Notes under the pieces: generated by a model
Database searches by the model: none
What the model was told of the DNA's origin: nothing
What the model saw: the letters and a program-made list of their open reading frames with translations, nothing else
Source of the DNA: an uncultured Acidobacteriaceae bacterium
GTDB lineage: Bacteria > Acidobacteriota > Terriglobia > Terriglobales > Acidobacteriaceae
Reading direction: 5' to 3'
NCBI GenBank assembly: GCA_964249685.1
Contig: CAXUDC010000001.1
Span: 1 to 60,017, forward strand
Length of the DNA: 60,017 nucleotides
Shown: in pieces, positions 36,537 to 46,554 of the stretch
Layout: each line of letters begins with the position of its first letter
Position numbering within the stretch: position 1 is the stretch's first letter
Translations under genes and position numbers: made by a program

Positions 36537-38494
36537 GGGGTCCAGGTGCCGGAGCGGGGGAGGCCCGGGGTGGTGTCGGGGCGTGGGTTGAAGTCGTCCG
36601 GCACCGGGTTTGGGCGGCCGGTGTCGGTGGGGCGGATCTTCAGCACGCTGCAGCCCCGGCCGCCATAATGCGGAAAGGTGGTCAGGAGGGGCTCGGGGAT
36701 GGTGGCGTAGTCCGGCGGGAGCGGCTTGCGCCGGCCGAGCAGCCGCTCGTCGTCGAAGCCGGAGAAGAGGTTCCCGACGCCTGCAACGTGGTCGTCTGCC
36801 GGGCCCAGGTCGGCCTGGTGCTGGGTCTCGACCCCGATCTGCCGCGCGCGGGTCTCGTCGGGCAGGTCGGCCAGCGGGATCATGCCGAAGAGCTCGTCGA
36901 CGAAGCGGATGATGGAGCTGTGCTCGGTCGGCTCGTGCGAGACGGCGTGCGCGACGCCAAACGGCGAGATCAGCAAGAACGGGATGCGCGGGCCCTGGTC
37001 GAGCGGCAGGCCCGCCAGATCGTGCGTGCGGATGCGCGGGCGGGCGTGGTCGTAGAGCCCGTCGGACTCGTCATACGCGATCAGGATGACGGACTGCGGC
37101 CAGTACGGGCTGGCCGCGATGGCGTTGATCTCGCGCGCGAGAAATGCCTCCGAGATGCCGGAGTCCGCGTAGCCGGGGTGGTCGTCGTTGCCGTGGAAGA
37201 CCGTGGCCAGCTTGGGGTTGGGGTCCGCGGGGGCAAAGCCGGCGATGTTGCCGTAGCCGCCACGAATATAAAAGACGCCCGCAGCGGGCAGGCGGCGGCT
37301 TGCGAGGTCGTCGAAGAAGTCGCCCAGGCCGTGGAGATGCGCGCTGACAGCCGGGTTATCAGCCACATAGCCGAAGTACTGCGGACCGTTATGGTGGATC
37401 ACGTACTGCTTGTGGCTCGCAATGCCGGCCGGGTCGGTAGGCTCGTGGTTGTAGCCCTGCTGGTACCAGCCCCAGGGGACTGCGGGCGTGCCGTGCCCGG
37501 CGATCTTTTCAATGTCCGCCTGCACGTCCTTCAGGTCTAATCCCGCGTCGTAGTCGGTCGCGGTGGTCGCCTTGATGTCGGCCCCCATAAACGACAGCGG
37601 CAGCGTCGCGAAAGTAAGATTGGGCGCGTGGGACTTCTCCGGATTCGGCACGGGCTTTACGGGCTCTCCCGCCGGGTCGAGCGCCAGGCCCCAGTACGGC
37701 CGCGCATTCGCGACCAGCGGCAGCAGCGCGGCGCCGGTGCCTGCGCCCAGGTCGGGGTGCAGCATCCACTGCGTCTCACCCGACTGGCCCGCAATCATCG
37801 CAATCGCGTTCGGGCCGGACGGGCCAACGACCGTGTCAAAGAAGTGATCGAAGAGCACGAAGCGGTCTGCATACTGCCACAGAAACGGCGCGGTATCGCA
37901 GTCGAGGTGCCCCATCACGAGCTCGCCGAACTGCTTGCGCTCGAGCGTCGGCACCTTGCTCGGCTTGCCGTCGACGAGCGTCACGCCCTCCTCGGTCAGG
38001 GCGTAGCGGTCGTTCTGGGCGACGTTGCCGGCGTCCAGGTGCAGTTTGCGCGCCAGCGGCACGTGAGCGTGGTTCACCGACGCCTGGTCGGTCGGGTAGA
38101 GCGGCACGGTCTTGCCGTTCAAGTCGGTTACGGTCACGGGGATGCGAAAGGGCGAGATCGTCCCCACCGTCCCGTTCACGTCGACGATCGGCTGCACGAA
38201 GCCGGCGGTCTCCGCCGCGGGCCGGGAGAAGAGCCCGTCCGCGCCCGGGTAGGTGCCGAAGTAATAGTCGAAGGAGCGGTTTTCCTGAAACAGCACGAAG
38301 ATGTACTTGATATGTTTGCGCAGCAGCGCCAGCTTTTCATCGTGCGAGAGCGCCGGCCGGCGCGGCTTCCCATCCGCCATCCGGGCCACGGGGAGGCTCG
38401 ACCGGGGTGCCTGCTCGACCAGCGGCAGCGGAGCCTGCGGCCAGGCCTCGGAAGCGCTTGCCAGGGCGAGCAGCAGTAGAACATAACGGCGCAG
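36533..38494 (-). CDS. Phosphoesterase (phospholipase C/AcpA acid phosphatase family)
   Basis: IKYIFVLFQENRSFDYYFGTYPG, GPSGPN, DDHPG, YDESDGLYDH, GPRIP; frame extends 5' of GTG 38389 to a signal peptide starting at CTG 38494. Confidence 0.85.
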   Translation of the reverse strand: MRRYVLLLLALASASEAWPQAPLPLVEQAPRSSLPVARMADGKPRRPALSHDEKLALLRKHIKYIFVLFQENRSFDYYFGTYPGADGLFSRPAAETAGFVQPIVDVNGTVGTISPFRIPVTVTDLNGKTVPLYPTDQASVNHAHVPLARKLHLDAGNVAQNDRYALTEEGVTLVDGKPSKVPTLERKQFGELVMGHLDCDTAPFLWQYADRFVLFDHFFDTVVGPSGPNAIAMIAGQSGETQWMLHPDLGAGTGAALLPLVANARPYWGLALDPAGEPVKPVPNPEKSHAPNLTFATLPLSFMGADIKATTATDYDAGLDLKDVQADIEKIAGHGTPAVPWGWYQQGYNHEPTDPAGIASHKQYVIHHNGPQYFGYVADNPAVSAHLHGLGDFFDDLASRRLPAAGVFYIRGGYGNIAGFAPADPNPKLATVFHGNDDHPGYADSGISEAFLAREINAIAASPYWPQSVILIAYDESDGLYDHARPRIRTHDLAGLPLDQGPRIPFLLISPFGVAHAVSHEPTEHSSIIRFVDELFGMIPLADLPDETRARQIGVETQHQADLGPADDHVAGVGNLFSGFDDERLLGRRKPLPPDYATIPEPLLTTFPHYGGRGCSVLKIRPTDTGRPNPVPDDFNPRPDTTPGLPRSGTWTP

Positions 38495-38608
38495 GAAAAT
38501 AGGCTGTCTCCGGAGCGGGGTTGAGGGGCCAAGCGCTCGACGATAGCTTACCAGCTTGCGCTTCTGCTATGACGGAATCTTTGATTAACTTGGGTGAAAG
38601 CGTGGGCT

Positions 38609-38675
38609 GGGTGGAAGCATGGGACTTCAGTCCCACGAATAAGGCGACGTAACGAACGGGCTTCAGCCCCGGCGC
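38609..38675 (+). repeat. REP/REPIN-like family C
   Basis: GGGTGGAAGCATGGGACTTCAGTCCCACGAAT...GGGCTTCAGCCCCGGCGC. Confidence 0.85.
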
Positions 38676-38727
38676 TGCTGACGGAGTATGACGGGCAGCT
38701 TCAAGTCAGACTCTTCTTACGAAAAAC

Positions 38728-38804
38728 TGGTGGCGGTGGGCAGAATCGAACTGCCGACCTACGGGTTATGAGTCCGTCGCTCTAACCATCTGAGCTACAC
38801 CGCC
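38728..38804 (-). tRNA. tRNA with CAT anticodon, probably elongator tRNA-Met (Ile2 not excluded)
   Basis: GGCGGTGTAGCTCAG...ACGGA-CTCATAA-CCCGT...GTTCGATTC...CACCGCC-ACCA; paired G1-C72, so not fMet. Confidence 0.93.
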
Positions 38805-38927
38805 AGGGTGAGGGCCGCGTCGGAGGATCGCGGTTTGGGCGCTCGACTCGTTGCGGACTCCTTCTATCTTAGTAGGCGCGCCCGGGCAGGTCAACCGCGC
38901 GCGCGCTCTGGGTGCGATACTTTGAGC

Positions 38928-39659
38928 ATGATCCGCACGCTCGCCGTCATTCCCGCCCGCCTGGCCTCCACGCGGCTGTCGCGCAAGGTGCTGCGCGAGA
39001 TCGCCAGCAGGCCCATGCTCGCGTGGGTCTACGAGGCGGCGCGAGCCTGCCCGCAGCTCGACGGCGTGATCGTCGCAGTCGATTCAGACGAGGTGCTCGC
39101 GCTGTGCCGGCGGCACGGCTGGCCGGCCGTGATGACGTCGCCCGAGCTCGCCTCCGGCTCCGACCGCGTGCATGCCGTCGCCCAGACGTATCCGGCGGAG
39201 ATCTACGTGAACCTCCAGGGCGACGAACCCACGCTGCGGCCCGAACACCTGACCGCGCTGCTCCAGCCATTTTCCCGCGCGGACGTCGCCGTCACCACGC
39301 TCAAAGTCCGCTGCACCGCAGACAACCTGCACAACCCAAACGCAGTCAAGGTGGTCTGCGGGCTCGACGGGCGCGCCCTCTACTTCTCACGCGCTACCCT
39401 GCCCTACGATCGCGACGGCACCGTCCCGGCGGTCTGGAAGCACATCGGCCTGTACGCCTACCGGGCCGAAGCCCTGCAAAGCTTCCACGCCCTCCCGCCC
39501 AGCCCGCTCGAGCTGGCGGAACGGCTGGAGCAGCTGCGCTTTCTCGAAAACGGCATCCCCGTCCACGTAGCCGAGACTGAGTATGACACGGTCGGAGTCG
39601 ACACCGAAGAGGACCTCGCCCGGGCCGATCGAGCCCTGAGCAACCCGGGTGCCCCATGA
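38928..39659 (+). CDS. kdsB: 3-deoxy-manno-octulosonate cytidylyltransferase
   Basis: IPARLASTRL, SGSDR, NLQGDEP, PNAVKV, ALYFSR, KHIGLYAY, ERLEQLR. Confidence 0.95.
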   Translation: MIRTLAVIPARLASTRLSRKVLREIASRPMLAWVYEAARACPQLDGVIVAVDSDEVLALCRRHGWPAVMTSPELASGSDRVHAVAQTYPAEIYVNLQGDEPTLRPEHLTALLQPFSRADVAVTTLKVRCTADNLHNPNAVKVVCGLDGRALYFSRATLPYDRDGTVPAVWKHIGLYAYRAEALQSFHALPPSPLELAERLEQLRFLENGIPVHVAETEYDTVGVDTEEDLARADRALSNPGAP

Positions 39660-39691
39660 TCACCGCGGCTTCATCGCGGTGATCGTGGGGT
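39647..39691 (+). repeat. REP-like family A, supplying the kdsB stop codon
   Basis: GGGTGCCCCATGA: the TGA is the kdsB stop. Confidence 0.9.
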
Positions 39692-39738
39692 GAGTCTCTC
39701 TCCCAACGGCAAATCCCGCCCTAAAGTGACTCACCCCA

Positions 39739-40416
39739 TCAGACTTTCTCAAAGCTCAGATGCAGCCCCGCCCCATCGCTGGTCATCGTAACCCCCGCAA
39801 GCGACGCCACCACAAACGTAGCGCCCGCCCCATACAGCTCTTCCGCCGTATGCGTTCCTAGCACGCCGAGCACCTGGCTTCCCGCCGCAACGCCCGAACC
39901 CACGCCCGCAGGAGCATCCTCCACCACGATGCACGCCGCCGACGCATAGCCCAGCATGCGCGCGCCCTTCTGGTATGGCTCCGGATGCGGCTTCCCGTTG
40001 ACCACGTCATCTCCCGCGATGAGCTCGGTCGGAAATGGCAGGTTCGCCGCCTTCAAGCGGCCCAGCAGCAGCCTTCGCGTGGCCGAGGTTACGATCGTCC
40101 AACGCTCCGGCGGCAGCGCGGCGAGCAGCTCGCGCACCCCAGGCAGCACCTTCAGGTCGGCGACGTCGGCGATCTCCAGATCCTCGATCATGCGCAGACC
40201 TTCCACCAGGTCCTCGGGCGTCAAGTCGGGCCGAAAGGCCTTCATGATCTCGACCGCGCGGGTGCCATGCGCGATCTCCACCTGGTCCGCGTTGGCCACG
40301 TGGTAGTGCGCGGCCCAGCGCCGCCAGCAGCGGTTCGCGCTGGCGACCGAGCTGATCAGCACGCCGTCCATGTCGAACAGCAATCCCTGGCAATTTACGT
40401 TCGTCTTCGAGCTCAC
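39739..40416 (-). CDS. HAD-superfamily sugar phosphatase (YfbT-like)
   Basis: FDMDGVL, VTS, GKPHPEPY, VEDAPAG. Confidence 0.9.
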   Translation of the reverse strand: MSSKTNVNCQGLLFDMDGVLISSVASANRCWRRWAAHYHVANADQVEIAHGTRAVEIMKAFRPDLTPEDLVEGLRMIEDLEIADVADLKVLPGVRELLAALPPERWTIVTSATRRLLLGRLKAANLPFPTELIAGDDVVNGKPHPEPYQKGARMLGYASAACIVVEDAPAGVGSGVAAGSQVLGVLGTHTAEELYGAGATFVVASLAGVTMTSDGAGLHLSFEKV

Positions 40417-41846
40417 GCGCGACCCGCTTCCACAAACTTTTTAGCGACGCTAAGCACGTCTTCGACGCTCGCAACCGAGCAGCTTTCGCAGTACACGCGC
40501 AGCAACGGTTCCGTACCAGATGCGCGCAGCAGCAGCCAGGTTTCGGCCGCGTTCGGTTTATTCACACAAGCCGGATTTTCCAGGAAGAACTTGATGCCGT
40601 CCAGCTTCTCGACCCGCAGAATCGTCATCCCGGCAAACTCGCCACCGGCCACCATAGCCCCGGCCCGCGCAATCGCCGACTGCTTCAATCCATCGTCGAT
40701 ATGCATGTCGATGCGTCCATACTGGTGCTCGCCGAACTCCTCCTGCAGCGCCGCCACCAGCTCGCCGAGCGTCTTCTTCTCATCCGCCATCACGTTCGCC
40801 AGCAGCAACGAGTTCAACAACCCATCGCGCTCCGGCAGGTGCCGCGAGATGCCCACGCCGCCCGATTCCTCGCCCCCGATCAGGATGTCCTGCTCGAGCA
40901 TCAGGTCGCAGACATACTTGAACCCGATGCCATGCTCATGCAGTTTGCGGCCGTATTTGGCCGCGATCCGGTCGAGCATCCGGGTCGTGTTGAACGCGCG
41001 CGTCACGTCGCCCGGCCAGCCCTTGCGGTCCAGCAGCCACTTCAACATCACGGCAAAGATCTTGTGCGCGTCGACCACGTTGCCGTGCTCGTCCACCGCG
41101 CCGATGCGGTCCGCATCGCCATCGGTCACGAAGCCGGCGTCACACTTTTCCGCCACCACGCGCTGCTGCGTCAGGGCGATATGCGGCAGGATCGGCTCCG
41201 GATTGATGCCCGGAAACGCCGGATTCATCTCCCCGCGCATCTCGACAAACGGGATGCCCGCGCGCGTAAAGATCCCCGCGATGATACCGCTACCAGCCCC
41301 GTACATTACGTCGATCAGGAACTTGTAGCCCGAAGCCTTGACCGCCGCAAGATCCGCAAAGGCCTCGATCGCCGCAATGTACGGCGGATTGAAGTCGACG
41401 ATCTCAACCTGCGCAGGCATCGCCGCGGCCGGCAGCGGCTGGTCCAGGTACGTCTCGATCTTCGCAATGATCGACGGCTTGCCCGACCCGCCGTAGCTCG
41501 CCTTGTACTTTACGCCGTTCCACTCCGCCGGGTTGTGGCTGGACGTGATCATGACGCCACCCGCCGCGCCGCGCCCGCGCACCGCAAAGCTCAGCGCCGG
41601 CGTAGGCGTCACGCCGCCGGCGAGCGCCACCGGAATCCCCGCACCCGCCAGCACCTCCGCCACCAGTCCGGCAAACGTCCGCGAGCCAAACCGCGTGTCC
41701 CACCCGATGCACACGCCCTTGCTCGCATCCTCGTCCGCCAGCACATAGTGCGCAATCGCACGCGCCGCCACCCGCACGTTTGCATACGTAAAGTCATCCG
41801 CGATCACGCCGCGCCAGCCATCAGTCCCAAACTTAACCACACCCAT
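40413..41846 (-). CDS. manB: Phosphoglucomutase/phosphomannomutase
   Basis: FGTDGWRG, TSSHNP, DGDADR, GEESG, RASGTEP. Confidence 0.92.
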   Translation of the reverse strand: MGVVKFGTDGWRGVIADDFTYANVRVAARAIAHYVLADEDASKGVCIGWDTRFGSRTFAGLVAEVLAGAGIPVALAGGVTPTPALSFAVRGRGAAGGVMITSSHNPAEWNGVKYKASYGGSGKPSIIAKIETYLDQPLPAAAMPAQVEIVDFNPPYIAAIEAFADLAAVKASGYKFLIDVMYGAGSGIIAGIFTRAGIPFVEMRGEMNPAFPGINPEPILPHIALTQQRVVAEKCDAGFVTDGDADRIGAVDEHGNVVDAHKIFAVMLKWLLDRKGWPGDVTRAFNTTRMLDRIAAKYGRKLHEHGIGFKYVCDLMLEQDILIGGEESGGVGISRHLPERDGLLNSLLLANVMADEKKTLGELVAALQEEFGEHQYGRIDMHIDDGLKQSAIARAGAMVAGGEFAGMTILRVEKLDGIKFFLENPACVNKPNAAETWLLLRASGTEPLLRVYCESCSVASVEDVLSVAKKFVEAGRA

Positions 41847-41893
41847 ACCCTGCCCCTCACTGCCTCTTACCGTCCTACCTGCTTTTACCCGCC

Positions 41894-43018
41894 CTAGATC
41901 AATTCCTCCAGGCCCAGCCCGGCATGCAGTTGCCGCACGATCTTCGACACATCCTGCGAGCGCTCGCGCGTCGTGATCAGCAGCGCGTCCTCCGTCTCGA
42001 CCACCACCAACCCCTCCACCCCCAGCAGCGCCACCATCTTGCCCGGCGCATACACATAGTTGCCATGCGACTCGATCGTGACCAGGTTCGTCGGCCCGTC
42101 GAGCACGTTCGAGTCCTCGTCCTCGCCCAGATGCTCATGCAGCGACGCCCACGAGCCCAGGTCGTTCCACTTGAAATCCGCCGGCAAGCAGTAGATCCCC
42201 GACCGCGCCTCGCCCTTCGCGGACCGTCGCTCCAGCACCGCGTAATCGACTGAGATGTTCTCGCACTGCGTGTACTCTTCTTCGAACACGCGCTCGAACT
42301 CAGCCGTCCCGTAAGCCTCCACGATCCTGTCCAGGTGCGGCGCCATGTCCGGCGCGTGCTCGCGGATAGCCGCGACAAAGGTCCGCGCGCTCCACAAAAA
42401 TATGCCGCCGTTCCACGCAAAATTGCCCGCCGCCAGAAACTTTTCAGCGGTGTGCTTGTCCGGCTTTTCGCGGAAACGCCTGACGCGATGCACCGGAATC
42501 CCGTCCTGCGCGGCCACGTTCGCGCCCATCTCGATATACCCGTAGCCCGTCTCCGGCCGCGTCGGCGGCACGCCCAGCACCACGATATGCTCCCCCGACG
42601 CCGCCACCTTCACGCCCGCCGCGATCACCGCCGCAAACCGTGCAACATCGCCCACCACGTGGTCTGACGGAAACACCCCCAGCACGGTCTCGGGCGCCGT
42701 CTTCGCCAGCAGAAACGCGGTCAGCGCACACGCCGGCGCCGTGTTCCGCGCGGCCGGCTCGCTCAGAATGTGCTCCGGCAAAACAGTCGGCAGCTGCGCC
42801 GCAATCGTCCCATCCAGCCAGTGGTTCGTCACGATCCAGACGTCCGCGGCGGCCGCCACCGGCAGCAACCGCGCCAGCGTCTGTTGGATCATTGTCTCGT
42901 CACCATCGAGCGCGAGCACCTGCTTGGCTCGCGACCGGCGGCTGCGCGGCCAGAACCGCGTACCGCTGCCACCGGCCAGAATCACCGGCGCAAAACGAAC
43001 CGCATTCACCTTTTCCAT
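41894..43018 (-). CDS. manC: Mannose-1-phosphate guanylyltransferase
   Basis: ILAGGSGTRFWPRSR, EPAARNTAPA, PSDH, ETGYGYI, FREKP, WNDLGSW. Confidence 0.93.
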   Translation of the reverse strand: MEKVNAVRFAPVILAGGSGTRFWPRSRRSRAKQVLALDGDETMIQQTLARLLPVAAAADVWIVTNHWLDGTIAAQLPTVLPEHILSEPAARNTAPACALTAFLLAKTAPETVLGVFPSDHVVGDVARFAAVIAAGVKVAASGEHIVVLGVPPTRPETGYGYIEMGANVAAQDGIPVHRVRRFREKPDKHTAEKFLAAGNFAWNGGIFLWSARTFVAAIREHAPDMAPHLDRIVEAYGTAEFERVFEEEYTQCENISVDYAVLERRSAKGEARSGIYCLPADFKWNDLGSWASLHEHLGEDEDSNVLDGPTNLVTIESHGNYVYAPGKMVALLGVEGLVVVETEDALLITTRERSQDVSKIVRQLHAGLGLEELI

Positions 43019-43078
43019 AGACTCCCATCTTAGCCGAACCGGACCCCCACCGATAGCTGCACGGCTGCAACGAAAGCG

Positions 43079-44266
43079 CTACGCCAATCCCGCGAACCAC
43101 GTCTTCATCCGCTCGACACCCTTGTCGATCACCTCCGCGCTCACCGCATAGCTCAGCCGGATGTGGTCCGGCGTGCCAAACGCCTCGCCCGGAACGCACA
43201 CCACGTGCGCCTCGCTGAGCAGCCGCGCGGCCACGTCGGCCGCACTCGTGACTCCTCCTTTACCGAAGAATGAGCTCACGTTCGGGTACACATAAAACGC
43301 GCCCTGCGGCACCGTGCAGGTCACGCCCGGGATCGTCGCCAGCCCGGCAAGCACGCGGTCGCGCAGCTTAATATAGTCCGCGCGCATCTCCCGCACGCAC
43401 TCCTGCGAGCCGCTCACCGCCGCAATCGACGCCTTCTGCACCATGCTCGCCGCGTTCGACGTACTCTGCGACTGCAGCTTCGCCATCGCCGCGATCACCG
43501 CCTTCGGCCCCAGCGCATAGCCCGCGCGCCAGCCCGTCATCGCATACGTCTTCGACAGCGACCCGAGCACCACCACATGCTCCTTCGCCTCCAGCACCGA
43601 AGCCCCGCTCACCGGCTCGCCCTCAAACGTAAGGTACACATAGCACTCGTCCAAAAGCAGATAGACGCCCTTCGCGTGGGCAAGCCGCACGATCGCGTCC
43701 AGATCCTCCGCGCTCACGATCGCCCCTGAGGGGTTCGACGGCGTGTTCAGAATGATCGCCTTCGTCTTCGGCGTCATCGCCGCCTCGATCATCGCGGCGG
43801 TCACGCGAAAGTTCTCGCGCTCGTCGGTCTCGACCATCACCGGCACGCCGCCCGCATACTGGATAATGTCCTTGAACGAGACCCAGTACGGCACCGGCAG
43901 AATCACCTCATCGCCATGATCGACCAGCACCTGCAGCGCGTTGAACAGCGCCAGCTTGCCGCCGGTCGTGAACACACACTCGTCCGCGGCATAGTCGGTG
44001 CCGAAGTCGGCCTTGTGCCGCGCCACGATCGCCTTGCGCACGTCGGGCGTGCCCGCTACGGCGGTGTAGCGCGTAAACCCCTGGTTGATCGCCTCGATCG
44101 CCGCGTCTTTGATATGCCGCGGCGTCTCAAAATGCGGCTCGCCCGCGCCAAAGTCGGCCAGGTCGATGCCGGTCGCTTTCAGGCGCAGCGCCTCGGCCGT
44201 AATGGCCATGGTTGCGGAGACTTCGATACGTCCAATGCGTTCGCTCAACATCGTCTTGCTTTCCAT
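43079..44266 (-). CDS. Class I/II PLP aminotransferase (aspartate aminotransferase-like)
   Basis: GEPHF, PYWVSF, NTPSNPSG, DECY, SLSKTYAMTGWRAG. Confidence 0.92.
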   Translation of the reverse strand: MESKTMLSERIGRIEVSATMAITAEALRLKATGIDLADFGAGEPHFETPRHIKDAAIEAINQGFTRYTAVAGTPDVRKAIVARHKADFGTDYAADECVFTTGGKLALFNALQVLVDHGDEVILPVPYWVSFKDIIQYAGGVPVMVETDERENFRVTAAMIEAAMTPKTKAIILNTPSNPSGAIVSAEDLDAIVRLAHAKGVYLLLDECYVYLTFEGEPVSGASVLEAKEHVVVLGSLSKTYAMTGWRAGYALGPKAVIAAMAKLQSQSTSNAASMVQKASIAAVSGSQECVREMRADYIKLRDRVLAGLATIPGVTCTVPQGAFYVYPNVSSFFGKGGVTSAADVAARLLSEAHVVCVPGEAFGTPDHIRLSYAVSAEVIDKGVERMKTWFAGLA

Positions 44267-44488
44267 AGTCACTATTCTTTCAGAAATCTCCTCACCCGGC
44301 ATCCGGCATAAGCGGCTAAGGCCGCCCGCAGCAGCTTGATGATCAGCATCAGAGCTTTCCCCTGGTGATCGATGTTCGAAAATCCATACGCACAGGAATC
44401 GTCTGCCTATCGCTGAAGTACTAAAATAGAAGCAGATCCCGCTTCGCCAAATAAGGAGGAATGCCACAAAGCCGCACTCGCATTTTGT

Positions 44489-44513
44489 TGTCATCCCGCA
44501 GGGATCTGCGGTT
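44489..44513 (+). repeat. REP-like family B
   Basis: TGTCATCCCGCAGGGATCTGCGGTT. Confidence 0.8.
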
Positions 44514-44572
44514 CGACCGGCGCTGCATTACACCCAACGGAAACGCTATCGAGACTCTCTGATCAAGTACTT

Positions 44573-44638
44573 GGGTGAAGCGTGGGACTTCAGTCCCACG
44601 AATAAGTCGATTGCAGTATGGGGCTTTAGCCCCGGCGC
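44573..44638 (+). repeat. REP/REPIN-like family C
   Basis: GGGTGAAGCGTGGGACTTCAGTCCCACGAAT...GGGGCTTTAGCCCCGGCGC. Confidence 0.88.
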
Positions 44639-44639
44639 T

Positions 44640-46428
44640 CTTCAGCGTAGCGCCCGGAGCCAGCGGGATATCGGCCGTAAACACAACCGGCGCGCCCGTC
44701 TGGAACTGGTAGATCGCATTCACCACAAAGCCGCCGAAGACCTCATCCAGCAGGTGGCTGCCGCCCAGGCCAAACGCCTTGCCCTTGCCCTTGCCGAGCG
44801 GCAGCTCATACGTGCTGCCCACGGTGAAGTGGTACGTATGGTCGAACGGCGAGATCCGGTGCGTCGGCGTCTTGTCCTGGTCGTTCAAACGTGCTGCCTC
44901 GGTCAGCTTTGCAAAGCAAAAGTTGGCCGTCAGCGTAAGCCCGTGCCGGGTCCGCTGCTCCAGGTGCGCGATGCCGGAGTTGAAGTACGACTGCCCAATC
45001 GTGTGGTTCTCAATCGTCACCGCGTTGGTGCCGAACTGCGTAAACGGCACCAGCCGATTGCTCAGCGGCACCGTCGCCCCGTTTGCCGTACCGCCGTTCG
45101 GCAGCAGCCCCGCCAGCGGGTTCGCCACCGTAGCCGAGTACGACGTGGCCAGCGCCTGATTCCGATACGGCGCCGTCGTCAGGTACTGCAAGCGCGTCGC
45201 GTTCAGGTTCTGCGTCGCAATCGGCAGGTGCAAACTGTGGTTGCCCACATACAACATCTCGAGCAGCGTGCTCGACGTCAGCTCATGCTGCAAGCCCAGG
45301 TTGTAGCGCTCCGAGTAGGGATCATGCTCGTTCGACGCAAGAAAGCTGATCGACTGACCCAGGAACGTGCTCGCCCCAAGCGACGAGTCCGGCGCCGTCG
45401 CAAAGCCGTTCGGGAAAGGATTGCTGAGCGTGCTCGCCGGCGTCAGATAGTTGTTGTTGGTCGCCGTAAGAGTCGTAAAAATGTGGTCGCGCGAGCCCAG
45501 CTTATAGTCCAGCCGCCCAAACTCATTCGAGTACGAGTCCACGCTCGGCGCGTTCGTGTTGTAGTTCCCCAACCCGTCCGAAGCCACACCGCTCGTATTG
45601 TTCGGCAGCGGAATCAGCTTGAAGTAAGCCGCCACCACCGGGTTCAAAGGCCCCGCCGTCGTCAGCTGGTTGTTCAAAATGGGCGAGCGCACCACGTTGT
45701 TCTTCGCGTCAAGTGTCGCCGTGAACGGATTGTAGATCTGGTTCGGGTCCGCATAGTTGGCCTTGTTGCCGGAAGGCAGACAGATCGCCGCCGCCGTCGC
45801 AGGATTGTTCGCAAACCCACCCGGACACCCGGGCGCAAGCGTCTGCGAAAAAATCACCTCCACACTCCGCCGCCGTCGGCACCGTTAAGAACACATTGTT
45901 CGGCGTCGAATCCTTCAAGCCCTCGAGCGCCACAAAAAAGAACAGCTTATCCTTCCCGCTGTACAGCTTCGGGATCGACACCGGCTCGCCAAACGTCCCG
46001 CCGTATTGATGGTAGTGCGCATTCGGCCGCGTCAGCCCCTGCCGCTTGCTGAAGTAGGAATTCGCGTCCAGCCCCGCCGTCTGGTAAAACTCGTACGCCG
46101 TGCCATGGTACGCATTCGTGCCCAACTTCGTAATCTGGTTGATGATCCCGCCGATCGTATGGCCTTCGCTCGCGTCCGTATCGAACGGCCGCACCGAAAC
46201 CTCCTGCACTGAGTCCTGCGTCGGCGCATACGCCAGCGCACCCAGTAGCGTCAGGTCCGGCGACCCATCCAGCAGCACCTCGCTCACTTGGTTCGGCGTG
46301 CCCCCAATCGACCAGCTATTGCCCGCCGCATTGTCGAACGGATGCACGATCTGCGGCGCCGCCGTCGTAATCACGCCTTCTGAAAGCTCCGTTAGCGTCG
46401 TCGGCGTGCGCCCGTTCAGCGGCAGGCA
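44640..46428 (-). pseudogene. Oar-like TonB-dependent receptor remnant
   Basis: LPLNGR, DSVQE, GG.INQITK.GTN.YHG, ELPLGKGK; no N- or C-terminus, frameshift near 45850, apparent large internal deletion near 45475. Confidence 0.85.
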
Positions 46429-46431
46429 ATG

Positions 46432-46452
46432 CGGGCTTTAGCCCCTGGGGTA
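46432..46452 (+). repeat. Half copy of family C
   Basis: CGGGCTTTAGCCCCTGGGGTA. Confidence 0.65.
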
Positions 46453-46554
46453 TGGCTCTTTCCGGTCACAATGAGTCTCCACACTACGATCTTCAATCGC
46501 AAGCAACGTCTTTCAAACCACTGCACTCTCGTCGTTCAAAGAAGGACGACCCCG

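Noticed and set aside
44421-44640. C-terminal part of ORF 44421-45863 and long N-extension of the aminotransferase ORF
   Set aside because: Read-through into REP and intergenic sequence, not protein-like.
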